A DNA stretch of 64,000 nucleotides from Octopus sinensis. Its lineage: Eukaryota. The notes under the pieces are model-generated. The model ran no database searches and was not told the DNA's origin. It was given only the letters and a program-made list of their open reading frames with translations. Positions 25,291-38,973 of the stretch are shown one piece after another. The position numbers and the translations under genes are program-made. How positions within the stretch are numbered: the stretch's first letter is position 1; the number at the start of each line of letters is the position of its first letter. The stretch covers positions 248,001 to 312,000 of the forward strand of contig NC_043023.1 in assembly GCF_006345805.1 (NCBI RefSeq), written 5' to 3'.

Positions 25291-25822
25291 ACAAATACCC
25301 CTACCCACCCAGCCGCCTACTGCAGCCATATATTATTAGCGAATGAATAACCGGGTGGACGTAGGAATGAAAGAGAGGATGGGGGTAGATTGGATACGTT
25401 AAGATGCCGGGCGAAAATTTCGGAAGACAGTAAACGGAGAAAGACAACATGGCCGACAGTTGAGACATGTATTCCGAAAGGAAGTGTGTGGGGTGGGTGG
25501 AGTAGGCTGATCGGGGTGAGGGTACGTGTAAGGGTGTAGAGATGGGTGGATGGGTGTTGGGATCGATGTCTGGTGAGATTTATTGGGTAGGTGGATAGGT
25601 AGAAAGTGGGTGGGTGGGTAGGAATGAGGATAAGGGGAGGGAGGATATGGATGGATGAGTGGATGGGTGTTAAGGTTTGGCTGTGTGGGAGGGTGGGTGG
25701 GTGAGCGGATGGATGTGTTGATGGACGGGCCATGTAGATTGGGTGGGCAAACGTGTGTGCTTGCATATAGACATGCGTATATGAGAGTATGCCTATCTAT
25801 ACACACACACATATTACCGAAG

Positions 25823-25863
<41 letters not shown>

Positions 25864-25999
25864 TATATATATGTATGTTATGTATATATATTGTATGTTT
25901 ATATATATATATATATATGTGTATAATGTATGTATGTATATATATGTGTGTGTATATGTATGTATGTATATAATATGTGTGTGTATATTATGTATATAT

Positions 26000-26033
<34 letters not shown>

Positions 26034-26782
26034 GATAGAGAGAAGAGAGAGAGAAGAGAGAGAGAGAGGAGGCTAGGTAGACAGATGAAAAATGGATAGA
26101 CAGAGAGGCAGACAGACACACAGACCGACATGTAAATCTATTACAGCTGAACCGAAACAGAAAGATATAAATAAAAAGGCGGTCCCTCTGGGGAGCGGTA
26201 AGAGGTGAAAGAGCGATGAGGAGTATGTGGGGGTGGGGGAAAGGCGGGGGAGGGTTGTGTACGGTCACGGCCAAGTGAACCTATGTTGTCATACAACCGT
26301 GACGTGGCGTGTTTCGGTGTCTGATGTCACTGCTGAGATTTGATTGATGCAATTAGTTGGTGGGGGTGGGTGGTATGGGTGGAGGGTGGAAGGGTAGCGG
26401 TGGTGGTGGTGGTGGTGGTGGGGTGTTTGGAGAATGATTGAGTGAATGTCAGAGCCTGTATCTGCGTGTCGGAAAGAGTGCGGTGTGTACCCATGTGTTT
26501 GTGTGTGTGCGTATGTGTGTACATGCTTTTTGCTCTGTGTGTGTATATATATATGTACGCATACACACATACACAACTAAGGTGTTCCCTATTCATACAC
26601 ACACATTCATGCATATATATACATACATATATATAAATACATACATATACATACATACATTCATACATACATATACATACATACATACATACATATACAT
26701 ACATACATTCATACATACATATACATACATATACATACATACATACATATACATACATATACATACATATACATACATATAC

Positions 26783-26814
<32 letters not shown>

Positions 26815-27064
26815 CATATACACACGCACAACACACACACACATACACACATACACACATATATATATATGTTTACAGATATATACACACACACACCCAC
26901 ATATATATATACATACCCACAGACATATACACACATATATACACTTGCATACATATGTATGTATATACACACATACTGGCACGCATGCACCTACACACAC
27001 ATCGCATATACATTTCCATACAAGTATATGGAGGTGAGTATGTTCCGGAAAATATGTGACTACG

Positions 27065-27161
<97 letters not shown>

Positions 27162-27469
27162 AGAAATGGAGACTAACCGATGTCGAGAAAGACAGCGGAG
27201 AGAGAAAAAAGAGGGAGATAGGAGAGAGAGAGAGACAGACAGACGGAGAGAGGGGGAAAGAGGGAGACAGACGGAGAGAGAGGGGGAAAGAGGGGGAGAA
27301 GGGGAGTAAACGATGCAGAGAAAGACAACAAATGTACAACGTTGGTGGTGATGATGATGATGATGATGATGGTGACGGTGGTGACGATGGTGGAGATGGT
27401 GATTCCTGCGTTTGATAACGGTGACGAAGATTTTATATGAAGGGTAGCAGCAGAGCGGAAATGAAAACG

Positions 27470-27511
<42 letters not shown>

Positions 27512-27926
27512 GCTCGTACATGCGACAAAAGGAAATGTAAATTGGTATGGAAAGACCATAACAACAGCAACAACAGCAGCAGTGTAATTGGTTATGAAAA
27601 CATGAAGAATCGTGAAAAAAATACCTTTTATGTGTATTAGAAAATGGCGACGATTATTACGATTAGTATTATTAAGATTGCGGTTGCCGATGATGGTGAT
27701 GAAGATGGCGGCGGTGGCAGAGGCTGGAGGGAAAGGAAGGAAAGAAGAAAGAGGTGGGACGGAACCAAGTGAAGAACTAAGAGGAGAAAAATGTGAAGAG
27801 ATTGAAGAGAAGATTGGAGGAGAGGAAAAAGGCGATGTGGAAGACGTGATACGTGTGTATATCGGTGTTGAAATGTGTGCGAAAAGCGAGAAAAATCTTG
27901 TGTTTGTTTAATAAGAGGAAAAAGAA

Positions 27927-27995
<69 letters not shown>

Positions 27996-28156
27996 AAGAA
28001 GCAAAATATAATACATGTCCAATGTCCACGACAATACGAACGGAACAGAAAAATGGCGAAAGATTGTAGTTGGTGGAGTAAGGGAAGATGATGAGAGAGA
28101 GGGGGTTACAGAAGGATAGTTGACAGACTATAGAAGAGAGAGGACAATTGAGAGGC

Positions 28157-28193
<37 letters not shown>

Positions 28194-28233
28194 GAGAGAG
28201 GAGGAGGAGGAAGAATAAGACGATTGATAGACT

Positions 28234-28264
<31 letters not shown>

Positions 28265-28479
28265 GACAGTTGATAGACTATAAGAGAAACAGCAGGAAGA
28301 CAAACGATAGACTATGAAAGAAACAGAGAGGAGATAGAGAAAGAAAGGTAGAGTAAATAGGTGGAGATATTAAAAAGGGAGAGAGAGAGAGTGGGGACGG
28401 TTGGTAGACGAAAGAATACAGACAAACAGACAGACAGACAAATAGATAGATAGGAAGAAAGAGTGGTAGACAGAAATAG

Positions 28480-28490
28480 ATGGATGGATG

Positions 28491-28581
<91 letters not shown>

Positions 28582-28594
28582 GTAGGTAGGTAGG

Positions 28595-28630
<36 letters not shown>

Positions 28631-28673
28631 GAGATAGATAGATAGATAGAATGATAGATAGATAGATAGATAG

Positions 28674-28704
<31 letters not shown>

Positions 28705-28804
28705 GATAGATAGGTAGATAGATAGATAGATAGAGATAGATAGGTAGGTAGGTAAGTAGATAGATAGATAGATAGATAGAATGATAGATAAATAGATAGA
28801 TAGG

Positions 28805-28892
<88 letters not shown>

Positions 28893-28895
28893 GAG
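28480..28895. repeat. (GATA)n microsatellite
   Basis: Direct inspection. Confidence 0.95.
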
Positions 28896-29749
28896 AGAAG
28901 AGAAGAGAAGAGAAGGAAAGAAAACGATGGAAATAAAAGATGAAGTTTGTATGGTGGCTTAGAAAATAAATGTGTAAGAAGCGAGGAAAAACTGTTTGTT
29001 TAATGAAAAAAAGAAAAAAAGTAGTAAAGAAAAAATAAATAATAAAGAACAAACAAGTGAATGTTTGTCCGAAACAATATGTACGGAAAAATGGCGGAAA
29101 TATTAAGGCAGACGATAATATTATCGAATCAGAAGACTGGAGAAAGAAGAAGTGGAGTGATGAATGTTAGGTCTCTGCATGGTGGGGACAGGATAAGGGA
29201 GGCAGAAAGAGATGGCAAAACTGAAAAGGAAACAAGGTTAGACAAGGAAGAGAGAAGAAAATTAAAAGAAAGAAAAAAATTTTCATTGACAGAAGACAAG
29301 AGAATGACGAAAAGCAAAATACGATGTTTATTTTGTCTGATGGTGTTGAGTTGTAAGTGTAGGAGGTGTTGAAATAAACTATATTTGTTTAATGGATACT
29401 AAGAAGGAAAATAAAGATTGTTTGTCCGTGACAATATGAACGGGTAAAAATGGCGGTGAAGAAATTAAAGTCGAGAGAAAAGTAGGAGATAGTGTCAGCC
29501 AATCAGAAGACGGAAGACAAACAAGTTGAGTAAAGAGTGTCAAGTTATTTTTGACATTAGAGATGGTTACATTGACAGCGTCAAATAGGAAGACGTAAGA
29601 GTGCAGAAGATGAGAGAAGACGTGAGAGGACAGAAGACCTGAGGAGAGAGGAGAAGAAGGCGACAGATTTGAAGGAGACAATCAGTAAACGAAAAGACGG
29701 GGTAGTTTTATTGTAAGTTGGTGTAGAAATGTGTACTGGAAAAAAGAAT

Positions 29750-30300
29750 CTTTTGTCTGTTAATTGTTTCAATCACTGGATTGCGGCCATGCTAGAGTAC
29801 CGCTTTGAAGACCTAAATATCTACATAATAATCATTAAGTCTGGTACTTATCTCCCTAACTGGACTGCAGCCATGCTGAAACACTGCTTTGCAGGGTCGC
29901 AGTCGAACACAACATAAAGTCAGGTACTTATTTCCCTCATTGGAGCAACGTCTTGAAGGGTCGCAGTTGAACAAATCGTCCACAGTACATAAATATTAAA
30001 TCTGGTACATGTTTCAGTCCCTAACTGGACTGCGGCTATGCTGAAGCACTGCTTTGAAGGGTTGTAGTCGAACAAATCAATCCCGGTACACACATATTAA
30101 ATCTGGTACTTATTTTATCAGTAGCTTTTGCCAAACCGCTGACGGTTGTCAAGTGGCGGTGAGGGACAAACACAACACACACACACACATTCAAACGCGC
30201 GAACACACGCACACACACACACGACAGGGTTCCCAACAGTTTTCGTCTAGCAAACTTACAAGAGATTGGTCGATCTGAGGTACCGCGAAATGGGACTAAA
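29750..30300 (-). mobile_element. SINE family A relative with its 3' segment tandemly repeated about 4 times
   Basis: ctggactgcagccatgct..agggtcgcagtcgaaca..aa(g)tctggtac recurs at ~85-100-bp spacing. Confidence 0.7.
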
Positions 30301-30364
30301 CCCGAGAAGCTAAGAACAAAATATGCAATAGTTTATCAAAGACGAGATTTTAAAATATTGATTT

Positions 30365-30556
30365 TATATTTTGGTACAAGGCCAGTAATTTTGAGGAGGG
30401 GAGGGCGGTAAGTCGATTACACTTATTTTATTGGCCCCGAAAGGATGAAAGCAAAGTCAACCTCGGCGGAATTTGAACTCAGAACATAAAGACAAATAAA
30501 AATGCTGCTAAGCATTTTTTCCCAGTGTGCTAACGATTCTGTCACCCCATCGCCTT
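30365..30556 (-). mobile_element. MetaSINE-like family C copy
   Basis: ccccgaaaggatgaaagcaaagtcaacctcggcggaatttgaactcagaac. Confidence 0.8.
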
Positions 30557-30566
30557 AATCCACCCG

Positions 30567-30611
<45 letters not shown>

Positions 30612-31146
30612 GTGAGAAAATACAGAGAATGAAACTAGTCAGGAGACTGAATAGAAGTAGAGTTGAATGTTACCCGGGGTTGTATAGTAAAAAGGGTGGT
30701 TGAGAGATAGACGTACTGAAGAAGAGAATAACGTGGAAGGCATCAGAAGACAAGGGCTTCAGAAGCCATCTACACAAACAAAACGGCAACCTGCAATTTT
30801 TATAGCGGTGTGCAAAACTGAACGAGAAGATCGGTTTGAAACTCCGTTCATTCCGATTCGGTCCCACTGCGCGGCACTTAGGTTAAGTGTCTTCTACTAT
30901 AACCTCGGGTTGACCACCGACCAATGCCTTGTGAGTGAATTTGGTAGGCGGAAACTTGTGTAGAAGCACGGCGCGTGCGTGCGTGATGTGTAGTTCTTTA
31001 TTTGTGGATTAACCAGGTTTCATGCCGAAAATTTCCAGCAGTAGTCAAGCCTGCCACATGTTGGTACTCGTCTCCAAGAAGCACCAATGCAGTATTAAGC
31101 ACTTATTCTCACTGTTCAATTTTAGCGCGTGAACGCGTGTGTGACA

Positions 31147-31520
31147 CAGGCGATATGTGTGGTTAAAAAGCTCGCTTTACAATCACGTGGTTTCAGGTTC
31201 GGTCTCATTGCACGTCACCATGGGCAAGTGTCTTCTATCATAGGCTAGGGCCGATCAATGCATTGTGAATAAATTTGGCAGACCGGTAGCTGTGAGGAAA
31301 CTTGTATGGACAAACTTTTTTGTTTGTCCATCCTATACTTGACAACCGGTGCTAGATTATTTACGTCCCAGTAAATTAACGGTTCAGCAAAAAAGACCGA
31401 TAAAATAAGTACCAGAGTAAAAGACAGTGTTGGGGAGGTTTGCTCCACTAATCTCTTCTTGGTGGTGCTCCAGTATGGTTGTAGTAAAATGACCAAAAGG
31501 AGCAAAGATAAATAAATAAA
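31147..31520 (+). mobile_element. SINE family A, diverged
   Basis: Family A blocks. Confidence 0.7.
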
Positions 31521-32339
31521 ATGATTTTAAAAAGCAAGTGATAAAAAACGAACGTTTTTTCGAAAAGAATAGGAATGTAATGGCGGAAATATAAAAATGA
31601 GAGAAAGCAGACGAGAGTAACATGGAGTCAGAAGATTGAAGAGAAATAGCGAAGTGATGAATGTTTCGCCTGGGTAAGAAGGCGATGTGTAAGAAAGAAA
31701 TAAAAGAAGAAAAGCATAAGAGAGAAAAACGAAACAGAAAATGAAGAAAGCAACAAAATTGGAATGGTGAAGAAGATGCAAGAAGAATGCGTTGAGAGGA
31801 AAAGGGAGAAGGTGACGAACGACGAGGACGACGAAAAGAAGATATGTTCATACGTAAGTTGGTGTTGAAATGTGTGTAGGAGGTGTTGAAAAACTGTATT
31901 TGTTTGTTTGTTTAATCAATTCCAACGTCCACGTGAAACCGGAAAGCCATGGCGGACTAAAAATAGGTATCTAACACCGCTTCTGTTGTTAAAGAATGAA
32001 AGATATACAAATTAAAAATAAAAGAAATAAAAAAGGGGAAAAACAACAACAGAGCAGCTCAATATTGCTGTTAAATCTTTTAGTAACTTCCATGGATTGG
32101 AAGACTTTATTTATGGTTGGTAAGATCCATGAAAATAAATTGTAACGCCAGTCTTGGCTATAACCATTTTACGAACAATTTCAAAATAACTTCTTTCTCT
32201 CTCTCTTACATTGATATCTATTATGAAGTTTCTCAACAATCTCAATAGTAACATAAAACCGTTTACACAATACGGCCTGTTCATGGTAGAAAATACTTCA
32301 TAGCTTTTGCAGAGAAAGGCCTATTTGAAGTCCACAATA

Positions 32340-33200
32340 CAATATTTTTCACACATTTGGGACAGAGCTAAAACCCATCAAGATAAGGGCCACTCGACAC
32401 CGATATAAAATCACTCACAGATGCACCCCAGCCTCTGTCAACTCTCTCCGTCTGTCTTATCACTACTATAATAGCCTCCGTTTCTTTTTGACACTAAACC
32501 ACTCACAGACACACTCCAGCCTCTGATCCATAGGTATGCTGTCATCTCTCGTCATTTCTATCACTACAATAACGACCGCTGTTCCAGCCTCTGATCCACA
32601 GACATACTGTCTCCTCTCTCTGTGTTATCTATCACTACAATAATGGCCTCCGTTCCTCTTGGAATTAACTCCCCACCCACACTCCATCTTCTGATCAACA
32701 GGCAAACTGTCTCCTCCTCCACTCTGTTTTATCTATTCACTACTACAATGGCTTCTCTTCCTCTTGGCATTAAACCACTCACAGACACACTCCAGTCTTT
32801 GGCCCACAAACACACTGTCTCTTCTCTCTGTCTTTTCAATCATTACTACAATATAATGGTCTCTATTTCTCTTGGCATTGAACCACTTACAGACACACTC
32901 TTGCTTCTTACCCATAGGCAAGCTATCACCTCTCTCCATCTCTTTTACTTTCCTTCCTTCCTCGAGATCTAGGTAGGGGCTCGTGCCCCCTTCACTCAGT
33001 TATTTCCGACACACTGGTCTCCGGTTATGTCCAACTTCGCAGACAACGCTCTAATCACCATAACCAGTCCCTTCCTGAAGCGTGCCTTATGGATTTTCCT
33101 CACTCCTTATATCTTTCCCACAGTTATTAACTTTACATGAGTTCAGGAAGAAGATTAATGACATCAGCCTCACCGGTATAGGAAGGCCTGCAAAAGCCAT
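32340..33200 (+). mobile_element. 3' ORF2 remnant of a Jockey/CR1-like LINE with an internal ~100-bp coding segment tandemly amplified about 6 times
   Basis: SHIWD.., repeated KPLTDTLQ(P/S)LAH.H.VSSLCLF..YYN, then LVPP..YVQLRRQRSNH..FP...LHEFRKKIN; resembles the 'LQPLSHRRNVASLSLFYRYY..CS.EL...LWNSLP..VFP..FK..IN' ORF2 ending. Confidence 0.7.
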
Positions 33201-34569
33201 AGACCTTGCCTCATCTTTCCAGAACCAGCAACTAAAGAAACAGAAAACTGTTCAGTATCTGACACGTTGTATACGTTGCTAAATCTAGTTGAGATAATAC
33301 AGAACTAGTTTGATAATTTATCTATTGGTTAAATTTATTTTATAGATAATACGAACAAAAACAACTGGAAGATTGTTTGTCCAGAGAGCAGCAAAAGGCA
33401 AAGAAAATGGCACAATCAGTGAAATGAAAGGAAGCAGACGATAGCGTCGACCAATCAGAAAGCAGACGATCAGTGTTGACTTTTACGTTGAGAGAAGGCA
33501 GCGATGAAAAAGATACGAGAATACATTAGGAGAGAGAAAGAAGAAGAAGAGAAGGAAAGAAAGAAAGGAATATGTCAATATGTATACATTTTCTTCTGCA
33601 ACAATGAATTGGCGTATGTTTATGTTGAAAAACGTGTGAAATATGTATGAATATTGCGTGAGTGTATATGTGTTTGAGTATGAATAGAAAGTGTGGATAC
33701 AGGTATATTTGTATATATGGAGTTAAGGTATACACACGTAAATGTATCACAAATCTCTCACTAGACATCTATGTATATATAATTATATCCACGCGAGCAC
33801 AAATGTGTGGGAAACTATACGTGAGAGTATAAACGGTACAATATATCTGCAAAATATACACATACATACGTGTACAAATTGTACACATATCTATGATCAC
33901 AAAACGTACGCACATATGTACACATACATATATATGAATATGTACATATCCAGTTATCCATGTGTTCAGATAATATACACACATATATTCGTATATATGC
34001 ACACATCTATATAAGTATGTACGTAAATACACATACACACTCGTGTGAGCCTTTATGCATAACCATATTTGTATAAAAGTATGTTATATATACATATACC
34101 TACATGCATATTTGCACGCACACACACACACACACACACCTCAATATATGCATACATACATAAACACACTTCCATACACATAAGCATTAGATACACGTGT
34201 ATTTAAGATACATATAATATGCATGCGTATACCATCAGCAACGCTTATTAGAGCGTGGCTAATGGCCGCAGATATGCGAGAGATAAACCAATCAGAGCGC
34301 GTCAAATGGTGCTTAAGACTGTAACTACAGCAACAACAATATCACACAACATCCCAACCACCATCACCACCTGACCCTTCTTCCAACACCCCACCACCAC
34401 ACCAGTCCCACTCCTTTCTCTCTCTCTACCCTTAACTAACTCTAAGCCCTCCTATGCAACATCATCATATTCCCACGGTCCTCCACACCTATTAAGGCCT
34501 ACAAACTTCCTTGTGCGCTGCAGACATATTCTTGTTCCCTTAATATTCCTGCATTAGTAGTAGTAACGA

Positions 34570-34880
34570 CTTAGTGGGTGTAGCAATCGGCTTACGGTCG
34601 TAAGGTCGTGAGTTCGATTCCCGGCGGCGCCTTGTGTCCGCGAGGAAGACACTTTATTTCACGTTGCTCCAGTTCACTCAGCTGGCAAGAATGAGTTGTA
34701 TTTATATTCCAAAGGGCCAGCCTTATCATCACATTCTGTGTCATGCTGAATATCTGTGAGAACTACATTGATGGTACGCATGTCTGTGGAGTTCTCAGCC
34801 ACTTGCACGTTAATTTCATGAGTAGACTGTTTCGTTTATTGGATCAACTGGAGCAATCGTCGTCGCAACCGATGGAGTGC
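34570..34880 (+). mobile_element. SINE family E, near full-length
   Basis: B box gagttcgattccc, CORE-like aagacactttatttcacgttgctccagt, tail ggatcaactgg..cgtcgtcgcaaccgatggagtgc. Confidence 0.85.
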
Positions 34881-35147
34881 GTTTATTATTATTAGTAGTA
34901 GTAGTAGTAGCAGTAGTAGCAGCAGCAGCAGCAGCAGTAGTAATAGTAGTAGTAGTAGTGGTGGTGGTGGTGGCGGCGGCGGTAGTAGTTGAAGTGGCTG
35001 CAGCGATTCCAGGCTGCCGAAGACTATTCCTTTGAGTTAACGCGTCACCACATAACTGGCAATGATATTAAATAATTCCGCCATGATGTCATCCTTAAGA
35101 TCGTCCATGTGAAACAAGGAGGTGATGGCAGACGAGAGATGTAGACC

Positions 35148-35350
35148 GTCTATCTAGGACTATATTATCAAATGTGAAGTAGAATAATTAATAGCAGTTG
35201 TAGCCGATGTTGTTTAACCCCAGGCCAGTACTGATCCAGTAGGTCTATGATCAAAAGTGTTCCAGCTGTAACCAACTCATCTTTTATTCAGACATAGAGT
35301 ACCTTGGATTACAATGTCAAACGTATAGCGAAGTAGACAGCAATAATGGC
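35148..35350 (+). repeat. Family D, about 1.5 units
   Basis: tatctaggactatattatc..tgtttaaccccaggccagtactgatccagtaggtctatgatcaaa. Confidence 0.75.
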
Positions 35351-35361
35351 TACATAAATCA

Positions 35362-35765
35362 CTCTCTTACTCTCTTTTACTCTTTTACTTGTTTCAGTCA
35401 TTTGATTGCGGCCATGCTGGAGCACCGCCTTCAGTCGAGCAAATCGACCCGAGACTTATTCTTTGTAAGCCCAGTACTTATTCTATCGGTCTCTTTTGCC
35501 GAACCGCTAAGTAACGGGGACGTAAACACACCAGCATCGGTTGTCAAGCAATGCTAGGGGGACAAACACACACACACACACACATATATATACATATATA
35601 TGACGGGCTTCTTTCAGTTTCCGTCTACCAAATCCACTCACAAGGCTTTGGTCGGCCCGGGGCTATAGCAGAAGACACTTGACCAAGATGCCACGCAGTG
35701 GGACTGAACCCGGAACCATGTGGTTGGTTAGCAATCTACTTACTACACAGCCACTCCTGCGCCAC
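35362..35765 (-). mobile_element. SINE family A, full-length young copy
   Basis: Complete reverse-complement family A sequence. Confidence 0.92.
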
Positions 35766-36165
35766 TCACGAGAAAAAAAAACAAAACAAAACAAGAAGGG
35801 TGATGCAAAAAGTGGAAAGGTGAATAAAATGGGGAAAAGAAAAAAAAAACCAGAGCTACGTCTGTTCTGACTGTAAATAAAACTAGTTCTTGCAAAATAA
35901 TTGGTTACGTCCCCTTTGTTTACACTTCCAATTTTTGCATCAACCTTCTCGTTTTTCTCACGATTTCTCATGTACCAGCATTATGATTTTGAAATAGGGC
36001 AGACCGGGTGTTCAGACCCTAAAAATTGCTCAGAGGCATAACGCGTGTTACAAAAATCTGCCTAAACACGTGTCTTCACAGCAAGAAACTATTAGTAACT
36101 TTGTATCGTTATACATTAAATGTATATTTCGAACATTTAATATATATTTACAGTATATATATTTA

Positions 36166-36203
<38 letters not shown>

Positions 36204-36457
36204 GCATGCACAGACACACATATAGGCACACACGAATGGACAGTGCTAAACACACACAAACATAGAGGATAGAGAGGTGGGTAGAGATAAAAGAAAGAGT
36301 AAGCGAAAGAGAGGGGCAATGAGGAGGGTGGAAGAAGGGACAGAGTAATGGGGCGATGACAAGTTGATTGATAAACGGGTAGATAAAGGGTGCTGAGAGA
36401 AAGAGGGAGAGAGAGAAAGGTGACTGATAAGATGTGATTGAGAGGGAGGCAGACAGA

Positions 36458-36492
<35 letters not shown>

Positions 36493-37250
36493 TCCCCAAA
36501 GAGACCGACAGACAGACTTTGTGATAACTAACGAAAGCTATATATATATATAATATATATATATATACGCACACAAACGATATATGTGTGTGTTTATATA
36601 ATGCATTTATATTTATGTTATACGTAATATATTTATAAACACATTCATACAGATATATATATACATTGACGTACATATACATAATATGTATAACATGCCA
36701 TATATGGTAACAAGGGATCCCAGTATATTTCTAGGTAAGCATTTATGTTTTACCCGATTCGGCATCACACTGAAAAATTTTAGTGGAACGAATTGACCCC
36801 AAAACTTATTAATTTTGAGCCTGGTACATATTCTATCGGTCTATTTTGCTGAACCGCTAAGTTACAGATTCACAAACACACCATCACCGGTTGCCAAGCT
36901 GAGTGGGAGAGGGAGGGAGGGAGGGAAGAAACACTGACGCAATGACACGGGCACGCGCATACAAACTCATTCTTTTATTCTTTTACATGCTGAAGTACCA
37001 CCTTCAAAGGTTTTAGTCGATCAAATAGACCCCAGGACTTATTCCTTAAGCCTAGGACTTATTCTATCAGTCTCTTTTGCCGAACCGCTAATTTGCGGGG
37101 ACGTAAACTCGCTGGGTAAATCCCAGTGTCCTATTCAGGAGTGCATAAATTCCGTAGAGTATTACATACTATTGACAATGATAAAGAGTACAGAGATTTT
37201 TACACATTCATAAATCCATTCCGTTTCATTTCGAAACGGCAGAGGGTAGA

Positions 37251-37333
37251 GACTATGATGAAACTGCAACGACCATGACTCCGGGTTGCATATCCAACGT
37301 TTGGAGTCGATGCACTTGAAACGTGCGTAGGTC
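37251..37333 (+). ncRNA. Type-I hammerhead motif (C3 mutated) within a pLTR-like element (~37110-37855)
   Basis: GACT-ATGATGA-AAcTGCA...TGCAcTT-GAAAC-GTGC-GTA-GGTC; stem II extended by GACTCC/GGAGTC. Confidence 0.55.
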
Positions 37334-37346
37334 CAGTAAAGGATTC

Positions 37347-37760
37347 GGTACTTTTAGGTTATCTCACCCCCATTAAAAAATTGGGTTATCTCCCCCAACT
37401 AAAAAATTGCTTAAAACTCAATGAAAAAAAAATTTAATAAACATGAAAAGTGAAAAGATGAAACATCGTTTTGAATCTGATAATATTTTTATAAGAAATC
37501 GTACAAAACTGAAAAAATTAATAAACATGAAAACTGAAAAAATTAAACATCTTGTTGAATCTAATAACATTTTTATAACAAATCATAGCATTCCTTTTGA
37601 GGAGGCCAAACATCTACAATGTGTTGAAGTAGGGAATCAAAAGGATCTGACCCTCTTAATCCAATCTCCTGCTGCCACATAAACTCAACTTTTTAGTGGG
37701 GAGATAACCCAGTCTTTTAATGGCAATTTTTTAATGGGGGTGAGATAACCAAAAAGTACC
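37347..37760. mobile_element. MITE with 36-bp TIRs, Merlin-like
   Basis: ggtacttttaggttatctcacccccattaaaaaatt / aattttttaatgggggtgagataaccaaaaagtacc; 8-bp flanks aaggattc / aaagattc (7/8 match); GGTAC fits the Merlin GGNRM terminus. Confidence 0.75.
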
Positions 37761-38299
37761 AAAGATTCTGCAAATAATTGTTAAATAAAATTAAGGATGT
37801 GAAAAATCTGTTCTCCTTATTAATATAAAGAAATAATCACCCAATGTATCCATTTCAAGCGATATCTCCTGCAAAATAGGGATTCTCCCTTCGCTGATTA
37901 GGCTCGTAAGGGACATTACGAAATAGATCTCCACTTTCAATTAATCGCTGGTCCAAGTGAGACAATTTTTCGACCAATTGACCGTAGCGCTTCTCCGCCT
38001 CCGCAAGGGGCAGAGTTAAATTTGTCCTTGTATAGAGTCTGGTGAGCTGACCATAAGGCTTCTGCTTTAGTGGATGCGAAAGTATTGGTGACTGATGTGT
38101 GGTAAGAAGCTTGCTCCTCAACCACATGGTTCCGGGTTAAGTCCCATTGCATGGCAGGCGTCTTCTACTATAATCTCGGACCGACCAAAGCCTTGTAAGT
38201 AGATTTGGTAGACGGAAACTGAAAAAAAGTCCATATATATATATATATATATAGACGTTTTTTCAGTTTCCGCCTACCAAATATATGTATATTTCATTT

Positions 38300-38450
38300 T
38301 CGGAGAATTTTTCCCAACTTAATGATAAGAGAATTACATATGATTTCAACAAGACGGCGCTACTGTACACATCCAGCAGGCTTATGGTATTTTTAAATGT
38401 AATTCCTGGAGACTTCCCTAATTTTCAAAAGATTTGCAGCCCATTTCACG
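38300..38450 (+). mobile_element. Tc1/mariner catalytic-domain fragment
   Basis: tttcaacaagacggcgctactgtacac = FQQDGATVH, with frameshifted flanks. Confidence 0.55.
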
Positions 38451-38937
38451 CACAGTTTCTAAGTTAACGCGGCTTTTATGTATGGGAAACCGTAAAATCT
38501 ACAGTGAGTCCAGCGCATTCGTGCACGTCTGATGACTTTAAAATGGCAATTATTTATTATAGGCCCATTTCAAATGAAAAACTGTCAGTAGTTTAGGAAA
38601 TGACGTAGGACCAAGTTTATGTTGATGCTAGAGGACATCGCTTTTAACGTCATTTAAATATTCTACCTATAACTTCTCTGATTGTATGTATGCATGTATA
38701 TATGTATGTACGTATACACCCAAATCATCTTTGATTTGTTTCAATCATTAGAATGTTGGGATACCGTCTTTTAAGAATTTGAGTCGATCGAACTGAGCCT
38801 AGTGCTTATATTTTCAAAGCCTGGTGTTTATTCTACTGGTTTCTTTTGCGGAACCCCCACGTTACGGGAACGTAAACACACCAACACCGAGTGACAAGTG
38901 ATGTTTGGGGAACAAACACAGACACACACACACCACA

Positions 38938-38973
<36 letters not shown>

